The translations under genes and the position numbers were made by a program. Below, piece after piece: positions 62,066-64,000 of a DNA stretch of 64,000 bases (within the stretch, counting starts at the first letter, position 1; the number at the start of each line of letters is the position of its first letter). Location of the stretch: the NCBI RefSeq assembly GCF_006345805.1, contig NC_043016.1, positions 31,930,001 to 31,994,000 of the forward strand, written 5' to 3'. This DNA is from Octopus sinensis (Eukaryota). Below the pieces are notes generated by a model, which was given only the letters and a program-made list of their open reading frames with translations, ran no database searches and was not told the DNA's origin.

Positions 62066-62718
62066 TGGAGCCATCCATTCCATCATTTTTACATGTACAA
62101 GACAAACCATGTTCTATTCACCACTCTAATCCCTATTGCCATTAAAACCACCATTTGGCCATTTCACACCTATCTACTGTTTTAATTTGCAGCTATAATT
62201 AATGAAATTAAAAACCTGTTACTACAAAATTATTGCCAGTCACCACTCACTCTCTTCTAAGCTATGCCATTCTTATTAAACACCCTCACCAACTCTTATT
62301 TACCATTGATTACACCTGCTCTTGTTCATCATTCGCTACATTCATACCGTGTACACATTTGACTACTTCTACCCCATATTTATGTCCATCCTTCACTCTC
62401 TCATCACTACTCTCTTGCAACCTTGCAACATTACTTATTCCTGCTGATTTTGTTGCTCATATGCGACCTTTTATGTAAATCTGCACACAATTGTGTTTTT
62501 GTATGTATGAAAATATGAGTGTGTATATATATATTTCTAAAGGCATAATCAACAATCCTTTTTTAAAGTCCATTTTTTAAAGGTGTAGCGTTTGTAAGAG
62601 TTGGATTGAATTGATATATCGGTTCCATTTAACAAAAACTGTGATGAAGGGCAACGAGAAACTCAGAGTAACAGATTTTGTTTGAATTGTCTGCTGCTTT
62701 AAATAAAGTAGATATATA

Positions 62719-62761
<43 letters not shown>

Positions 62762-62987
62762 GCACATAAAATACAACACCAGCACCATTCAGTGTTGTGT
62801 ATTATCATCTCAGAAATAAAGGGTTAAGTTGAACTTCATCCACCATTAAAATAGAATTGCTTCACAAACATTTTTGAGATAAGTTTTTGTCCCACAAGTA
62901 GACAGCATGTCTCATCATTTTCATCATTCATTTTTAACATCACATTTTCTTGCTTCGAAAAACTTCTTAACCAAACTGCCACACCTG

Positions 62988-63021
<34 letters not shown>

Positions 63022-63026
63022 ATATG

Positions 63027-63059
<33 letters not shown>

Positions 63060-63523
63060 ATATATATGTGTGTGTGTGTGTATATGTGTGTGTGTATATA
63101 TGTATATATATATATATATATGTGTGTGCGTATGTATGTGTGGATATATATATATCACACACACACACACACATGTATTTTGATCTTCACAGCTGATATT
63201 TAGCATGTTACTCAGTGAGTCTTATAAATTTAAAATAAATTTGAAGCTGATATTATTCTTTCAAGAACCACAGAGCTCTATAGATCTGGTGGTTTCTGTA
63301 AAGTTAAAAGAAAAAAAATTGTCTGGCGCTAGGTAGGATAGCTTTGTCACTGATAACTTTTCCTTTGATGTTTATTCCTCAAAGCTAAGTGGAACTGAAG
63401 TATTTAGAATTGCTTTCTACCATGATAAAATATCTGAAGGAGATTTGAATTTGTAATCCAATACATATTCACCTGGCCATTTTGCTTCTTTGATAGTCTA
63501 TTATGGCTGTTATTGATCTAGAA

Positions 63524-63930
63524 TAGGGCTGGCCAACTTGGGGCCCACGGCCTGCAGACTTTTATCTTTCCGCCCAGTTAATACTTTCTTGAAATGGCTT
63601 TATTTAAACAAACATTTAAAAGAATTTTATCAAAAATTAGAGATTGAAATGAAAAGTAAAAAAATAAAGATACTACTGTTCTTGCGACGATAATATTTCA
63701 TGTTGAATCAATGATCATTCATTCATTATTGTAGTAATAGCAATAAAGTAGATTAATGCAAATTAAAGGTGGTGCTCTAGCATGGCTGCAGTCAAATGAC
63801 TGAAACAAGTAAAAGAGTAAAGAGAGAGTAAAAAGCAAAATGCTTTCAAATCCATCAGTATACAAGCGGCCCTCAAAAAACTTTCTGTGATTAAAGTGAC
63901 CCACAATGTAATTCGAGTTGGCCAGACCTG
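63524..63930 (+). mobile_element. hAT-type MITE (family H2) with perfect 8-bp TSD ATCTAGAA and a nested SINE A 3' fragment
   Basis: TIRs TAGGGCTGGCCAACT and AGTTGGCCAGACCTG; ATCTAGAA at 63516-63523 and 63931-63938; an extra segment of about 100 nt (near 63737-63834) is absent from the 23515 copy. Confidence 0.92.
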
Positions 63931-64000
63931 ATCTAGAATATACTAGAATGGTTCTGGGAATTTAAGAATTTGCCTATGGAGTGTTGCACAGTTACTGTCT

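Noticed and set aside
52334-64000. UBL3 exons 4-5 (expected ...LP.GKTTVMHLV... and the CAAX end)
   Set aside because: No matching exon found by eye; presumed downstream of the window.

Overview
AT-rich eukaryotic genomic DNA crowded with microsatellites and interspersed repeats. The repeat families and (TA)n/(CA)n load suggest Octopus; this is an inference from remembered repeat consensus shapes, not a database result. The window holds the 5' part of a UBL3 (ubiquitin-like protein 3, MUB family) gene on the + strand: coding exon 1 (1897-1929, MGTKGPIPRDK), an intron of about 48.9 kb, exon 2 (50813-50921) and exon 3 (52247-52333). The remaining exons were not found and presumably lie beyond 64000. 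A CpG-rich promoter/5' region (about 900-1900) may also drive a divergent minus-strand exon. The introns contain three tRNA-head SINE families, decayed RTE-type LINEs and about 20 of their 3' tails, hAT, piggyBac and Tc1/mariner-type MITEs, and a hAT transposase relic. The most interesting signal is a set of hammerhead-ribozyme motifs of the Penelope-like type. Two inverted copies form a 304-bp foldback at 57633-57936, from which a full ancestral ribozyme can be reconstructed. A sister family at 58151-58413 has a covarying palindromic stem III, and further cores lie at 39375 and 40071. Nearly all long ORFs in the supplied track are microsatellite artefacts. All alignments and folds were done by eye, and repeat boundaries are approximate (about +/-20 nt) unless a TSD is given.
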